DNA of 40,687 nucleotides. It comes from Myxococcota bacterium (lineage in GTDB: Bacteria; Myxococcota; XYA12-FULL-58-9; JALHOP01). Every line of letters starts with the position of its first letter. Positions within the stretch are counted from its first letter, which is position 1. The position numbers and the translations under genes were made by a program. Shown here piece after piece: positions 8,539 to 17,461 of the stretch. The DNA lies in contig JBGGMJ010000194.1 of the NCBI GenBank assembly GCA_041288095.1, positions 1 through 40,687 of the forward strand, in the 5' to 3' direction. The notes beneath the pieces are model-generated. The model saw only the letters and a program-made list of their open reading frames with translations, made no database searches and was not told the DNA's origin.

Positions 8539-10086
8539 TCACGGGCACGTCGAGAAGAATCGCACGACAATGCCCACGCCCTCTTTGCCATAGGCCACGG
8601 CATGTTGGGCGCCATGCGACACCACCGCGCCTGAGTGTTCTTCCGCGGCATCGTCCGAGGATATGCGGAACGGCTCTACGTCGAGTCGCTTGTTGTCTTG
8701 CGTGACCCGCGTCGCGCACACGCTGGTGGCGCCGCAGTCGCTCCCGGCCCACGGACCATCGGCGACGAGCACGTAGTTCGCGCCATCGAAAGTAGGGCGA
8801 TACGTCTCGCCGCTGTCCCACGACGGAGATCCCAAGCCACTGAGCGGCGTAGTGCCCGGAGTGAAGTTCGGCGCGATGGTGTTCACGAAATTGTCGTAGG
8901 CGAGCAGCAAGCCGTGCGACCCGGCGAAGAGCCTCGCGGTGCGCGACATCTGGAAGTCTTGAGCGATGGTGCGCAGCGGTGTGCGTGCGAGGTTGCCGTC
9001 GCTGCCGTCTGGTTTGATCTTGGTGCCGAAGATCTCACAGGCGTTCGAGAAGTGTGTCTCGTCCGCGAAAGCGACAGCGAAGCGTTGTCCATCGAAGGCG
9101 GCGCTCGCGTAGTAGCCGCTGTAGGCGGTGGGCGCGGGGATATTGTCGATCTTGGCGACGCCGCCCGCTGTGTCGATGAGCGCGTACTTGGTGGTGCGCC
9201 ACTCGGGGCCGGCGTAGAGCACGAGGAATCTGCCCGCGGCGTAGCTCACGCTCATCGGCCCGCAGGTGTTGGCGCCGCCGCGACAGGCGCCGTCGACAAG
9301 GCGCACGCCACCGAGTAACGGCGCGCCCGCGGGGGAGACGAAGTGGTAGGTGACCACGGTGTTACCGGAGTCCGCGTCGGTGTCGAACCCGAGCACCAGA
9401 TACTTGGTGCCGTCGAAGGCGAGCCCTCCGTAGAAGCCGGGACCGATGCTCCAGGGTAACGTGTCCACCACGGTACCGTCTGGCGCGATGCGCGCGGCGA
9501 ACCAGCTATCGGCGGCGCGGAACACCACGAGGAAGTTTTGACCGTCCCAAGCGATGTCGCTCATGCGTGTCGTGATGTTGGTCAACGTGTACTCGGGGGA
9601 GAGCACCGGCTCGGACACCCAACCCGCATCCGCGGCCGATCCATCTCCGATGCCGTCGTGCAGCGTCACAACGTTGCAAAAGTGGTCGTCGGTGCATTGC
9701 GCGCGTGCGCACTGAGCGCTGCCGCCGCAGTGGTCGTTCACGAGACACTCGACGCAGTCGCCTTCGAAGCAGTAACCGGCCTCATCGGATGGCTGCGTGC
9801 ACGCCGTGCCGTCGGGCTCGCCCTCGCAGGATGGCACCGGCTCGGGCGGCGGAACCGTGGGGCCGGGCACGCGGCGCTCGACCGCGCAGATGCGACCGTC
9901 GCACACCAGATTGTACGGGCAGTCCGCGTCGACGGTGCAGGGAAAGACGCAGTACGAGTCTTCGCAGATCTGCTGCGACGGACAGTCGCTCGAGGTGCCG
10001 CACGAGCCGCCGATGGCCCTCAATCTGTCGCTGGAGCAGGCCGCGAGCGACGCGAGCAATGCCACCCCAAACAGTATGTTGGTCAT
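8539..10086 (-). CDS. Cys-rich lipoprotein with C-terminal beta-propeller-like repeats
   Basis: GGAGG RBS before ATG 10086 and lipobox LAAC. C..D.DC-type Cys repeats are followed by repeated AWDGQNFLVV / AFDGTKYLV / AFDGQRFAV / TFDGANYVLV blades. Confidence 0.75.
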   Translation of the reverse strand: MTNILFGVALLASLAACSSDRLRAIGGSCGTSSDCPSQQICEDSYCVFPCTVDADCPYNLVCDGRICAVERRVPGPTVPPPEPVPSCEGEPDGTACTQPSDEAGYCFEGDCVECLVNDHCGGSAQCARAQCTDDHFCNVVTLHDGIGDGSAADAGWVSEPVLSPEYTLTNITTRMSDIAWDGQNFLVVFRAADSWFAARIAPDGTVVDTLPWSIGPGFYGGLAFDGTKYLVLGFDTDADSGNTVVTYHFVSPAGAPLLGGVRLVDGACRGGANTCGPMSVSYAAGRFLVLYAGPEWRTTKYALIDTAGGVAKIDNIPAPTAYSGYYASAAFDGQRFAVAFADETHFSNACEIFGTKIKPDGSDGNLARTPLRTIAQDFQMSRTARLFAGSHGLLLAYDNFVNTIAPNFTPGTTPLSGLGSPSWDSGETYRPTFDGANYVLVADGPWAGSDCGATSVCATRVTQDNKRLDVEPFRISSDDAAEEHSGAVVSHGAQHAVAYGKEGVGIVVRFFSTCP

Positions 10087-10163
10087 CGCCGCCTCCACGC
10101 CGCCCTGCCCACGACCTACCTACAGGCTTCGGGAATGGGCTCGGCGCGGGGCCTGCCGTAGCG

Positions 10164-11093
10164 TCAGCTCGCCTTGGCCCAGGCTAGAAAGCCGGGCGCG
10201 ATGAGCTCGAGCTTCTGCAGCAGCTGCGCTGTTGGCAACTTGTCCCCGGCGGAGAGGACGCGGTCGACGTTGCCGATGAAGTCGAGCCCCTGCACCTGGT
10301 GGACGACGCGCACGCGCTGCTGGTAGCGGCCCTGATGCCAGAGAAAAGCGGGCAGTCCTTCCTCGAGGGATCGCTCGAAGTCGTCGAGCTCGCAGCGCTG
10401 CGGGCGACCGCGGGCTACGCTGGTGGCGAGCAACGCATCCCACGCCAACGCACGCTTCGGCTCGAGCGCTTGGTAGTAAGCGTAGGCGAGATAGGTCGCG
10501 AGAAACTCGCCGAACCAGGGTGGCGCGTTGGGCACGTCGATGAGGTTTGCCCAAACGTGACCGAGCTCGTGAACCGCCGCGAGGTCGGCAAACGTTTTCG
10601 CTACCTCGGCATACGACAGGCCAGCTTCCTCGAGACGCGTCCGCCACTCCGCGGGCAGCGCCGCCGCCGCGGCCAACGCCTCCTGGGTGACGACGTTGTC
10701 TTGGCTCGCAGGCACGACGGCGACGAACTTGCCGCCCTGCTCGCTCACGTTGGTGATGCCGTAGGGCACCATCGGCACCAGCCGTTCCCAGTCGGCTGGG
10801 CTCAGCACCATGAGCTCGAGCTTGGCTTTGACGCCCAGTCGCTTCTCGAGAAAGTCGGCCGCCGCGGTGATCTCATGTTGAAACATCTGCGCGCGCGCCA
10901 GCTCTCCGTTGGAGTACGACGTGCGGACTTTGCCCTCGAGGACAGGCAGGGCCCGGCTGCTCGTCGGCCCCATGACGTACGACACCACCCCGGCACGTTG
11001 TGGCGTCACAGCGGGAGCCGGTTGGGCCCCAAGGCTTGCGGGCGAAATGGTAACGCGATGGCGGACTTGCGATGTGGAGAAAGTGGTCTTCAT
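10164..11093 (-). CDS. Putative gluzincin-like metallopeptidase with an unstructured N-terminal extension
   Basis: AAVHELGH followed by WFGEFLATY (HExxH plus downstream Glu). The N-terminus MKTTFSTSQVRHRVTISPASLGAQPAPAVTP is not a Sec signal. Confidence 0.65.
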   Translation of the reverse strand: MKTTFSTSQVRHRVTISPASLGAQPAPAVTPQRAGVVSYVMGPTSSRALPVLEGKVRTSYSNGELARAQMFQHEITAAADFLEKRLGVKAKLELMVLSPADWERLVPMVPYGITNVSEQGGKFVAVVPASQDNVVTQEALAAAAALPAEWRTRLEEAGLSYAEVAKTFADLAAVHELGHVWANLIDVPNAPPWFGEFLATYLAYAYYQALEPKRALAWDALLATSVARGRPQRCELDDFERSLEEGLPAFLWHQGRYQQRVRVVHQVQGLDFIGNVDRVLSAGDKLPTAQLLQKLELIAPGFLAWAKAS

Positions 11094-11121
11094 GGTCGTC
11101 CCTGGGAACCCGGCGCCGTTC

Positions 11122-11147
11122 TTATCGCGACACCCCTTGGGCGGTTG
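11122..11147 (-). promoter_or_regulatory. Sigma-28-like promoter candidate CAAC-N15-GCGATAA
   Basis: Minus strand reads gCAAC cgcccaaggggtgtc GCGATAA, about 29 nt upstream of ATG 11093. Same spacing as the other copies. Confidence 0.55.
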
Positions 11148-11214
11148 CGCGGCTTACCGCCTGACTGCCGCGCCGTCATGGACAAACCGGACTGCTTCTT
11201 GCCTACCCGCAGGC

Positions 11215-11220
11215 TACAAT
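11215..11220 (+). promoter_or_regulatory. -10 hexamer TACAAT of a probable leaderless transcript
   Basis: TACAAT, 7 nt, then ATG 11228. No SD sequence. Confidence 0.45.
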
Positions 11221-11227
11221 GACGCCA

Positions 11228-12124
11228 ATGGTTGGACCGGCTGGTCTCGGTTCTAAAGCGCATCTGCCCGCGCCCCTGCGCGTGGTCTCCGACGGCGGTG
11301 TCGCGCCGGTCCAAGCCCAACCGAGCTGCGCCCTTGATCGCCGCGAACCCGCCGTCGCACGGCCGCCCACCGAGCGCGCTGCCTGTGCGCCGAACGTCAC
11401 CGCGCCTGTGGGTGGGGCGACCGCCGGGCCCGCCAAAGGCACGTTCAGTCCGAGCGTCCTCGCCGTCGCCCTTGCTTCTGAGCCCCTCGGACCAGGGCAC
11501 CAGGCAGTGGTCCGGGACCAGCTCAATCTGCTCATAGGCAAGTACGGGCCCGTGGATCGGGACACCGCGCTGGGGTTGCCGCGCGCCGCACACTACAAAG
11601 TCGAGCGGCTCCTGCCTTTCAACGGTGCGCACTCACCGAACGGCCTCCTGCAGATGAGCCCCAAGTCGCACGGCGAAGCGGTGCGCTTCTTGACGGGCGC
11701 GCGCGATAGGGCCGCTATAGCGGGCATGGGGTCAGTCGTTCATGAGGCGCTGCACGGGCACTCTGTCGTCGGGGCGCGGCATTGGGGTGAGCTGCCCGAG
11801 GCGTCTCAACGCATCGATCACCTCGCGATCGTCGCCGCGACACAGGCCATCTTGGTACGTGAGTTCCGCGTCGATCCCGGGTCCATCACCACCTCCGTGC
11901 CATACGGAGTGAACGAGACGATTGCCATGATCGCTCGCAGTACGGGCTTGAGCCCAGCCGCCGCCCGCAACGCCCTCTACGACGCGTCCTTGCAATACTT
12001 GGGACCCGGCCCCAACGTGCATACCGGCCAGATGGTCGAAAGACGCTTCATCGACGCCGTCAGCGCGGTCACAGGCAGAAGGTTCGACGACGCGCTGCGA
12101 CAGCACCTGGCCGCACTGCCCTGA
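11228..12124 (+). CDS. Hypothetical protein with an HExxH motif and a Pro/Ala-rich N-terminus
   Basis: VVHEALHG motif. About 75 aa low-complexity N-terminus and no Sec signal. Start chosen from the upstream -10 box (ORF track start is 11219). Confidence 0.6.
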   Translation: MVGPAGLGSKAHLPAPLRVVSDGGVAPVQAQPSCALDRREPAVARPPTERAACAPNVTAPVGGATAGPAKGTFSPSVLAVALASEPLGPGHQAVVRDQLNLLIGKYGPVDRDTALGLPRAAHYKVERLLPFNGAHSPNGLLQMSPKSHGEAVRFLTGARDRAAIAGMGSVVHEALHGHSVVGARHWGELPEASQRIDHLAIVAATQAILVREFRVDPGSITTSVPYGVNETIAMIARSTGLSPAAARNALYDASLQYLGPGPNVHTGQMVERRFIDAVSAVTGRRFDDALRQHLAALP

Positions 12125-12130
12125 GCTACG

Positions 12131-13810
12131 TCAGCGCCTGCTCCCCGGACCCCGCAGCGCCCGTCCCGGCCGCGCGTCGGTGATAACGCCATCGCGGACG
12201 ATCGGCTTACCGTTGACGAGCACGTGCTTGACGCCACTCGAGTAGTGGTTGGGCTCCTTGTAGGTCGCCAGGTCCTTTAGGCTCGCCGGGTCGAAGACGA
12301 CGATGTCGGCCATCATGCCTGGGCGCAGGATCCCGCGATCCATGAGCCCGACGCGACTTGCCGCAAGCGACGTCATTTTGCGCACGGCCTCTTCCATGCG
12401 CATGGTCGGCGCGCGCTGTACGTATTCGCTGATCACGCGTGGGAAGGTGCCAAACGCGCGTGGGTGAGGGCGCATGGCACCCAGCGGTCCGTCTTCGGCG
12501 GTGGCGGCGCTGTCGGCGCCGAAGGAGACCAGCGGGTCGGAGCTGACCGCGCGCACGTCCGCTTCGTCCATGATGGCGTTGATGACCTGGCTCATGCCTC
12601 GGTCCGCTATCGCGATGTCCATCGCGGCGTCGCGGGGATCCTTGCCGAGCTCCTTGCCAATCTCATCGAAGGTCTTGCCGACGAATTTCTGAAGCTCGGG
12701 TGTCACCACCAGCGACAACATCACGCCCTTGCCACCGCCCGCTCCACGCCACTGGTTCTCCCAGTCGGCCCCCGCCTCGTCCATTTCCTTCTTGGCGCGC
12801 GCCCTCTGGCTGGGGTCCGCGAGCCTCGCGACCAGCTTGTCGCCGCCGCCTTCGGAGACCCAAGGAGGCAAACAAGCGGCGATACGATTCGAGCTGCGAG
12901 CGTAAGGGTAGGCGCTCGCTGCAACGTCTACACCGGCGGCACGCGCCGCCGCCAAGCGACGCAGGACCTCCGGCATCTTGCCCCAGTTCGGGGGGTACGC
13001 GGTCTTCAAATGCCAGATGGTGGTCGAGATGTTCGCTCCCTTGGCGATGGCCACGACCTCGTCCAGGGATTCGAAGATACGATCGGCTTCCGAGCGTTGG
13101 TGTGTGAAATACACTCCGTTATAGCGGCGCGCCACTTTGGCAAGCTCGGTGAGCTCCTCCGTCGTAGCGAACACGCCGGGCACATATTGCAGCGCGGAGC
13201 TCAAGCCGAAGGCACCTTCCTTCATTGCTTGCTCGAGGAGCTGGCGCATCTGATCGAGCTCGGCCGGCGTTGGCGGGCGGTTATCCGAGCCCATGACGTG
13301 GATGCGCAGTCCCCCCGCGCCAACGAGGATGCCGACGTTGGCTGCCGGTTTCGCTCGCTCGAGCCGCTTCAAATACTCGTCGAGTGTCCGCCAATCGAGC
13401 GCGATGCCGAGCTTCTGGGCGGTATCGCGCCAACGCGACGCGAAGACCTGCTCGTTCGCGGGCGCGATGGAGACGCCTTCGCCGGTGATCTCCGTCGTGA
13501 CGCCCTGGGTTACCTTGCTGGCGAGGCGGTTGTCCGCGAGGACGTTGAGCTCCGACTGCCCCTGGAGGTCGATGAACCCCGGGGCGACCACCAAGCTCTT
13601 GGCGTCGATGCGCTGTTTGGTGGGGGCGCTACTAAGGTCGCCGATGGCCACGATGCGGTCGCCGACGACGCCAACGTCACCCACGAACCACGGAGCGCCG
13701 GTGCCGTCGACTACGCGACCATTGGCGATGACGACATCGTACGTGGGTAACTTGGCGGAGCTGGTGCCGCTGAGCAGCAGCGCATTCACGACGACAATGA
13801 GATGAGTCAC
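12131..13810 (-). CDS. N-acyl-D-amino-acid deacylase (D-aminoacylase, amidohydrolase superfamily)
   Basis: YDVVIANGRVVDGTGAP, VAPGFID, GVTTEITGEG, GLSSALQYVPG, HPRAFGTFPR, DRGILRPGMMADIVVFD. GTG 13810 is preceded by TACCGT plus 8 nt (leaderless). ORF track start is 13864. Confidence 0.9.
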   Translation of the reverse strand: MTHLIVVVNALLLSGTSSAKLPTYDVVIANGRVVDGTGAPWFVGDVGVVGDRIVAIGDLSSAPTKQRIDAKSLVVAPGFIDLQGQSELNVLADNRLASKVTQGVTTEITGEGVSIAPANEQVFASRWRDTAQKLGIALDWRTLDEYLKRLERAKPAANVGILVGAGGLRIHVMGSDNRPPTPAELDQMRQLLEQAMKEGAFGLSSALQYVPGVFATTEELTELAKVARRYNGVYFTHQRSEADRIFESLDEVVAIAKGANISTTIWHLKTAYPPNWGKMPEVLRRLAAARAAGVDVAASAYPYARSSNRIAACLPPWVSEGGGDKLVARLADPSQRARAKKEMDEAGADWENQWRGAGGGKGVMLSLVVTPELQKFVGKTFDEIGKELGKDPRDAAMDIAIADRGMSQVINAIMDEADVRAVSSDPLVSFGADSAATAEDGPLGAMRPHPRAFGTFPRVISEYVQRAPTMRMEEAVRKMTSLAASRVGLMDRGILRPGMMADIVVFDPASLKDLATYKEPNHYSSGVKHVLVNGKPIVRDGVITDARPGRALRGPGSRR

Positions 13811-14017
13811 GGGGCGGGACGGTAGCGGTTGGAACCGGCTCACCGCAATCGCCCCCCCTCCCAACGCAGCGCCGGCACGCTGGTTGTGCTCGCGCGCGCA
13901 CCGCGTCTGTCATCGCGTCACGCCCTCCGCAGGCCGCGGGCAAACCGCCACTGCGGCTACATGCGTAGGGTTGATCGTGCTCGGCATGGTGTTGGGGCAC
14001 TTCACAAGGAGATGACG

Positions 14018-14650
14018 ATGGTCGGCTTCCCGCTCCCGGCTCTTTCGTCCCGTAGCTTCGAAACCCTGCTCGCATCGTCGACGCAAGCAGCTGTTGCCCC
14101 AGTGAATGTTCAGTCGACGGCGCTCGCGCCTCTGCTCTCCGCGAGCTTCGCACCGCCCGCCTCGAGTGCGACAGGCCTCATGCCCTTCAGCGCCGCGGAG
14201 CCCGCTTCGAGCACGACATCGTCCGGGACGAGCGGGCCGGTGACCAAGAGCCCGTATGCGGGCAAACCGTTCGACATCACGAACTATCACAACCTGAATC
14301 CGGCGGTGCGCGACCAGCTTCTCGATGAGCGTAATTGGGATCCAGACCTCGCCGACAACGGCGATTTCATCGGCGCCTTCATGCTCGCGGGTGGCAAGAT
14401 GCCGACCGTCACTTTCGACGCGCAGGGAATGCCGCGCATGGATGAGTACTACGAGCGCTACTCGGCGGTCGTGAGCTCCCCAGAATTCCAAGAGGTGAAG
14501 CAGCGACGCATGAACGAGATGCGCGAGACCCTCGCCTTCATGCACTCCGACGAGGGACGCGCGGCGCAACGCGAGCGCGAGGCTTGGTACCAACGCCAGT
14601 TTCCGCAGCAACGCACGAGCGACAATAGATTCGTCGTCGGACCGGCGTAG
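14018..14650 (+). CDS. Hypothetical protein with a Ser/Ala/Pro-rich N-terminus
   Basis: AGGAG RBS 6 nt before ATG 14018. About 75 aa low-complexity N-terminus, then a charged helical region. Confidence 0.6.
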   Translation: MVGFPLPALSSRSFETLLASSTQAAVAPVNVQSTALAPLLSASFAPPASSATGLMPFSAAEPASSTTSSGTSGPVTKSPYAGKPFDITNYHNLNPAVRDQLLDERNWDPDLADNGDFIGAFMLAGGKMPTVTFDAQGMPRMDEYYERYSAVVSSPEFQEVKQRRMNEMRETLAFMHSDEGRAAQREREAWYQRQFPQQRTSDNRFVVGPA

Positions 14651-14668
14651 CGATTAGAAGAGAGAGGA

Positions 14669-15028
14669 ATGAAACCAAACCTGTGGTTCATGCTTCTCTT
14701 GGCAAGCTGCGACACCGCCGTCACGCCGAGCGATGTCGCGCCCAATCCGCACCGGGACGCCGCCCGCGCCGCCCTCGAGCTTCATTGCGGGAGCTGCCAT
14801 CGTGAGGACTCGCCCACCGCCGACCCCGCGGCCCTGGTCGTCTACAACCTGAATGACCTGCTGTGGCCGAGTAAGATGAAGAGCGAGCATGTCGCCGATT
14901 TGGTCGTGCAGTTCGAGGACCGCGCGATGGCGGATGCGGCGCTCTTACCCGATGTACCCACGGTAAAGCGCTTCGTCGAAACGGAGCTAGCACTCCGCTG
15001 CAAACGGAACCCACTCGAATGCACGTAG
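14669..15028 (+). CDS. Small lipoprotein with a single c-type heme motif
   Basis: GAGG RBS, lipobox LASC, and CGSCH (CxxCH). Confidence 0.6.
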   Translation: MKPNLWFMLLLASCDTAVTPSDVAPNPHRDAARAALELHCGSCHREDSPTADPAALVVYNLNDLLWPSKMKSEHVADLVVQFEDRAMADAALLPDVPTVKRFVETELALRCKRNPLECT

Positions 15029-15324
15029 AGCTTCTTGTCTTCCCCGACTGCCCGCACGCGGAGAACGCACGACGGCAACTGCGCCGCGCGTTCGAGCTCG
15101 TCGAGCTGCCTGCGTCCTGGAGCGAACGCGACATCAGCGCACCCGGCACGTCCAACGAGGTAGCCGCTTTCGGATCTCCGACGATCCTCGTCGACGGCCA
15201 CGATGTCGATGAAGCGCCGACGCGCGCGGGGGTGACGTGCCGCATCTACGCCGGTAGCGAGCTGACCGGAGCGCCCCGCCTGAACGCTATCGTCGCCGCG
15301 CTGCGCAAGTGCACGCCAACATGA
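15019..15324 (+). CDS. Thioredoxin-like small protein (DUF2703-like, as often seen near or fused with mer genes)
   Basis: VELLVFPDCPH ... FGSPTILVDGHDV ... TCRIY pattern. Overlaps the upstream stop, and its own stop overlaps the next ATG (ATGA). Confidence 0.7.
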   Translation: MHVELLVFPDCPHAENARRQLRRAFELVELPASWSERDISAPGTSNEVAAFGSPTILVDGHDVDEAPTRAGVTCRIYAGSELTGAPRLNAIVAALRKCTPT

Positions 15325-15698
15325 AACGACTTGCCCTCCTCGGCTTGATGCTCTGTGTCGCCTGTGAGGAGACTCAGGTTCTCTGCGAGTGCGCCATCGC
15401 CGGTACGACGGTTGTCGTCCCGGATAACCTGTCCGCTACAGCGGTGCGCATCAGCGGAGTCGGTTGTGACCACGCCGATCTGAAATGCGGCGACCAACAC
15501 GTGGTTCCTGAGAGCGGCCTCTGCACGAGCGGCGAGTACTTCATCCCACCCGCCGACGATGGCGTGTGTCACATTGAAGTCGACCTCGACGGACACGGCA
15601 CCTTCACCCGTGACGTTCGCTTCGAGGACAGCGACGGTTGCTGTGAGGGCGTCTACCCTGTCAGCGGCGACTGGCTCGTCAACGTCGAGGTCCAGTAG
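15321..15698 (+). CDS. Small Cys-containing lipoprotein
   Basis: MKRLALLGLMLCVAC lipoprotein signal, with ATGA coupling to the upstream gene. Confidence 0.65.
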   Translation: MKRLALLGLMLCVACEETQVLCECAIAGTTVVVPDNLSATAVRISGVGCDHADLKCGDQHVVPESGLCTSGEYFIPPADDGVCHIEVDLDGHGTFTRDVRFEDSDGCCEGVYPVSGDWLVNVEVQ

Positions 15699-15733
15699 AA
15701 GGCGCGGATGCTCCTCGGCCTCCTCGTCGTCCA

Positions 15734-17257
15734 ATGAACGCGAACCTATTCGACCGGCTGCAGCGCTCGATCACCGCTCCCGAAAGAACGGCCATCGCCA
15801 CGCCCGACGGCGAGCGTTTCACCTACGCCGATCTCATCTCCTCCGCCGGCCGCCTCGCCAACGTATTGGTCGCCCGCGGTGTGAAACCGGGCGACCGTGT
15901 GGCGGCGCAGATCGAAAAATCCGTGCAGGCGATCGTGCTCTATCTCGCGACCGTTCGCGTCGGGGCCGCTTATCTGCCGCTCAACACCGCGTACACGCTC
16001 GCGGAGCTCGAGTATTTCCTCGGCGACGCCGAGCCGAGACTCGTCGTGTGCGACCCGGCGAAGCGTGAAGGCATCGCCGCAATCGCGAACAAGGTCGAAG
16101 CGTCCGTCGAAACGCTCGACGCTAAGGGCAAGGGGACGCTGACCGATGCGGCCGCCACCGCGCCGGCTGCGTACGCTACAGCGGAGAGCGCCGGTGACGA
16201 CATCGCCGCGATTCTCTACACGTCCGGCACGACCGGTCGCTCCAAGGGAGCGATGCTGACGCACGACAATCTCGTCTCCAACGCGCTCACGTTGAAGGAG
16301 ACCTGGCGCTTCACCGCGGACGACGTCCTCATCCACGCGCTGCCGACCTACCATATTCACGGCTTGTTCGTGGCGACCAACGTGGCGCTCTTCGCCGGCG
16401 CGTCGATGACCTTCCTGCCCAAGTTCGATGCCGAGAGCATCCTCGCGCTCATGCCCAGCTCGACGGCGCTCATGGGCGTCCCGACGTTCTACGTGCGCCT
16501 GCTGCAGCAGCCCGGATTGAATGTGCAGGCGACCTCACGGATGCGTCTCTTCGTCTCAGGGTCGGCACCGCTCCTCGCCGAGACGCATCGCGAATGGAGC
16601 GCGCGCACCGGCCACGCCATCCTCGAGCGCTACGGCATGACCGAGACCAACATCAACACGTCGAACCCCTACGATGGCGAAAGAATGCCCGGAGCTGTCG
16701 GGCTGCCGTTGCCCGGCGTTTCCGTCCGCATTTGCGAGCCCGAGACGGGGAAGGAGCTCGCGCGCGACGCCATCGGCATGATCGAGATCAAAGGGCCGAA
16801 CGTGTTCAAGGGCTACTGGCGGATGCCGGAAAAGACCGCGGCCGAGTTCCGAGCCGACGGCTTCTTCATCACCGGGGACCTGGGCAAGATCGACGAGCGC
16901 GGTTACGTGCACATCCTTGGTCGCGGCAAAGACCTCGTCATCACCGGCGGCTTCAACGTCTATCCCAAGGAGATTGAAGAAGAGATCGACGCCATTCCCG
17001 GCGTCAGCGAATCGGCGGTCATCGGTGTTCCGCACCACGACTTCGGCGAAGGCGTGACGGCGGTGGTCGTGCGCTCCGGGGCGGCCCCGGTGGATGAGTC
17101 GTCGATCCTCGCCGTGCTCGAGGGCAGGCTCGCCAAATTCAAATTGCCGAAGCGCGTGCTCTTCGTCGACGAGCTACCGCGCAACACCATGGGGAAGGTG
17201 CAGAAGAGCGTCCTGCGCGAAAGGTTCGCGGACCTCTACGCCATGTGGGCGATGTAG
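15734..17257 (+). CDS. matB: Malonyl-CoA synthetase (malonate--CoA ligase)
   Basis: MNANLF start, YLPLNTAYT, YTSGTTGRSKG AMP-binding motif, SGSAPLLAETH, ERYGMTETN, GYWRMPEKT, PRNTMGKVQK. Closely resembles alphaproteobacterial MatB as I recall it. Confidence 0.93.
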   Translation: MNANLFDRLQRSITAPERTAIATPDGERFTYADLISSAGRLANVLVARGVKPGDRVAAQIEKSVQAIVLYLATVRVGAAYLPLNTAYTLAELEYFLGDAEPRLVVCDPAKREGIAAIANKVEASVETLDAKGKGTLTDAAATAPAAYATAESAGDDIAAILYTSGTTGRSKGAMLTHDNLVSNALTLKETWRFTADDVLIHALPTYHIHGLFVATNVALFAGASMTFLPKFDAESILALMPSSTALMGVPTFYVRLLQQPGLNVQATSRMRLFVSGSAPLLAETHREWSARTGHAILERYGMTETNINTSNPYDGERMPGAVGLPLPGVSVRICEPETGKELARDAIGMIEIKGPNVFKGYWRMPEKTAAEFRADGFFITGDLGKIDERGYVHILGRGKDLVITGGFNVYPKEIEEEIDAIPGVSESAVIGVPHHDFGEGVTAVVVRSGAAPVDESSILAVLEGRLAKFKLPKRVLFVDELPRNTMGKVQKSVLRERFADLYAMWAM

Positions 17258-17377
17258 GCGCTCACCGCATAGCGCGCCCGTTTCCCTCTCTGGGTACGCC
17301 CAACCCGTGAGTCTCTCCAGCCGCCGGGTTTGCCCCCGCGCTGCCCGCTAAAGCGTTCATCTTCGACACACGGGGGT

Positions 17378-17393
17378 CGGCATCACCCGTGCA
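17378..17393 (+). promoter_or_regulatory. Sigma-54 (-24/-12) promoter candidate
   Basis: cGGCATCACCCGTGCA: GG at 17379-80, 10 nt, GC at 17391-92. Intergenic, 70 nt upstream of ATG 17462. Confidence 0.55.
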
Positions 17394-17461
17394 TTGATGA
17401 CCCGTAGGCCGCAATGGCGGCTTAACCAATATCCGCTCGAGAGCGAGCACAGAGGGTCGTC

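Noticed and set aside
13873..13887. CGGCACGCTGGTTGT as a sigma-54 promoter (also GG-N11-GC at 19006-19020)
   Set aside because: The first lacks the -12 GC, and the second has 11-nt rather than the obligatory 10-nt spacing.
15019..15324. Mercury-resistance operon
   Set aside because: Only the thioredoxin-like domain is present, with no merR, merA, merT, merP or merC nearby.
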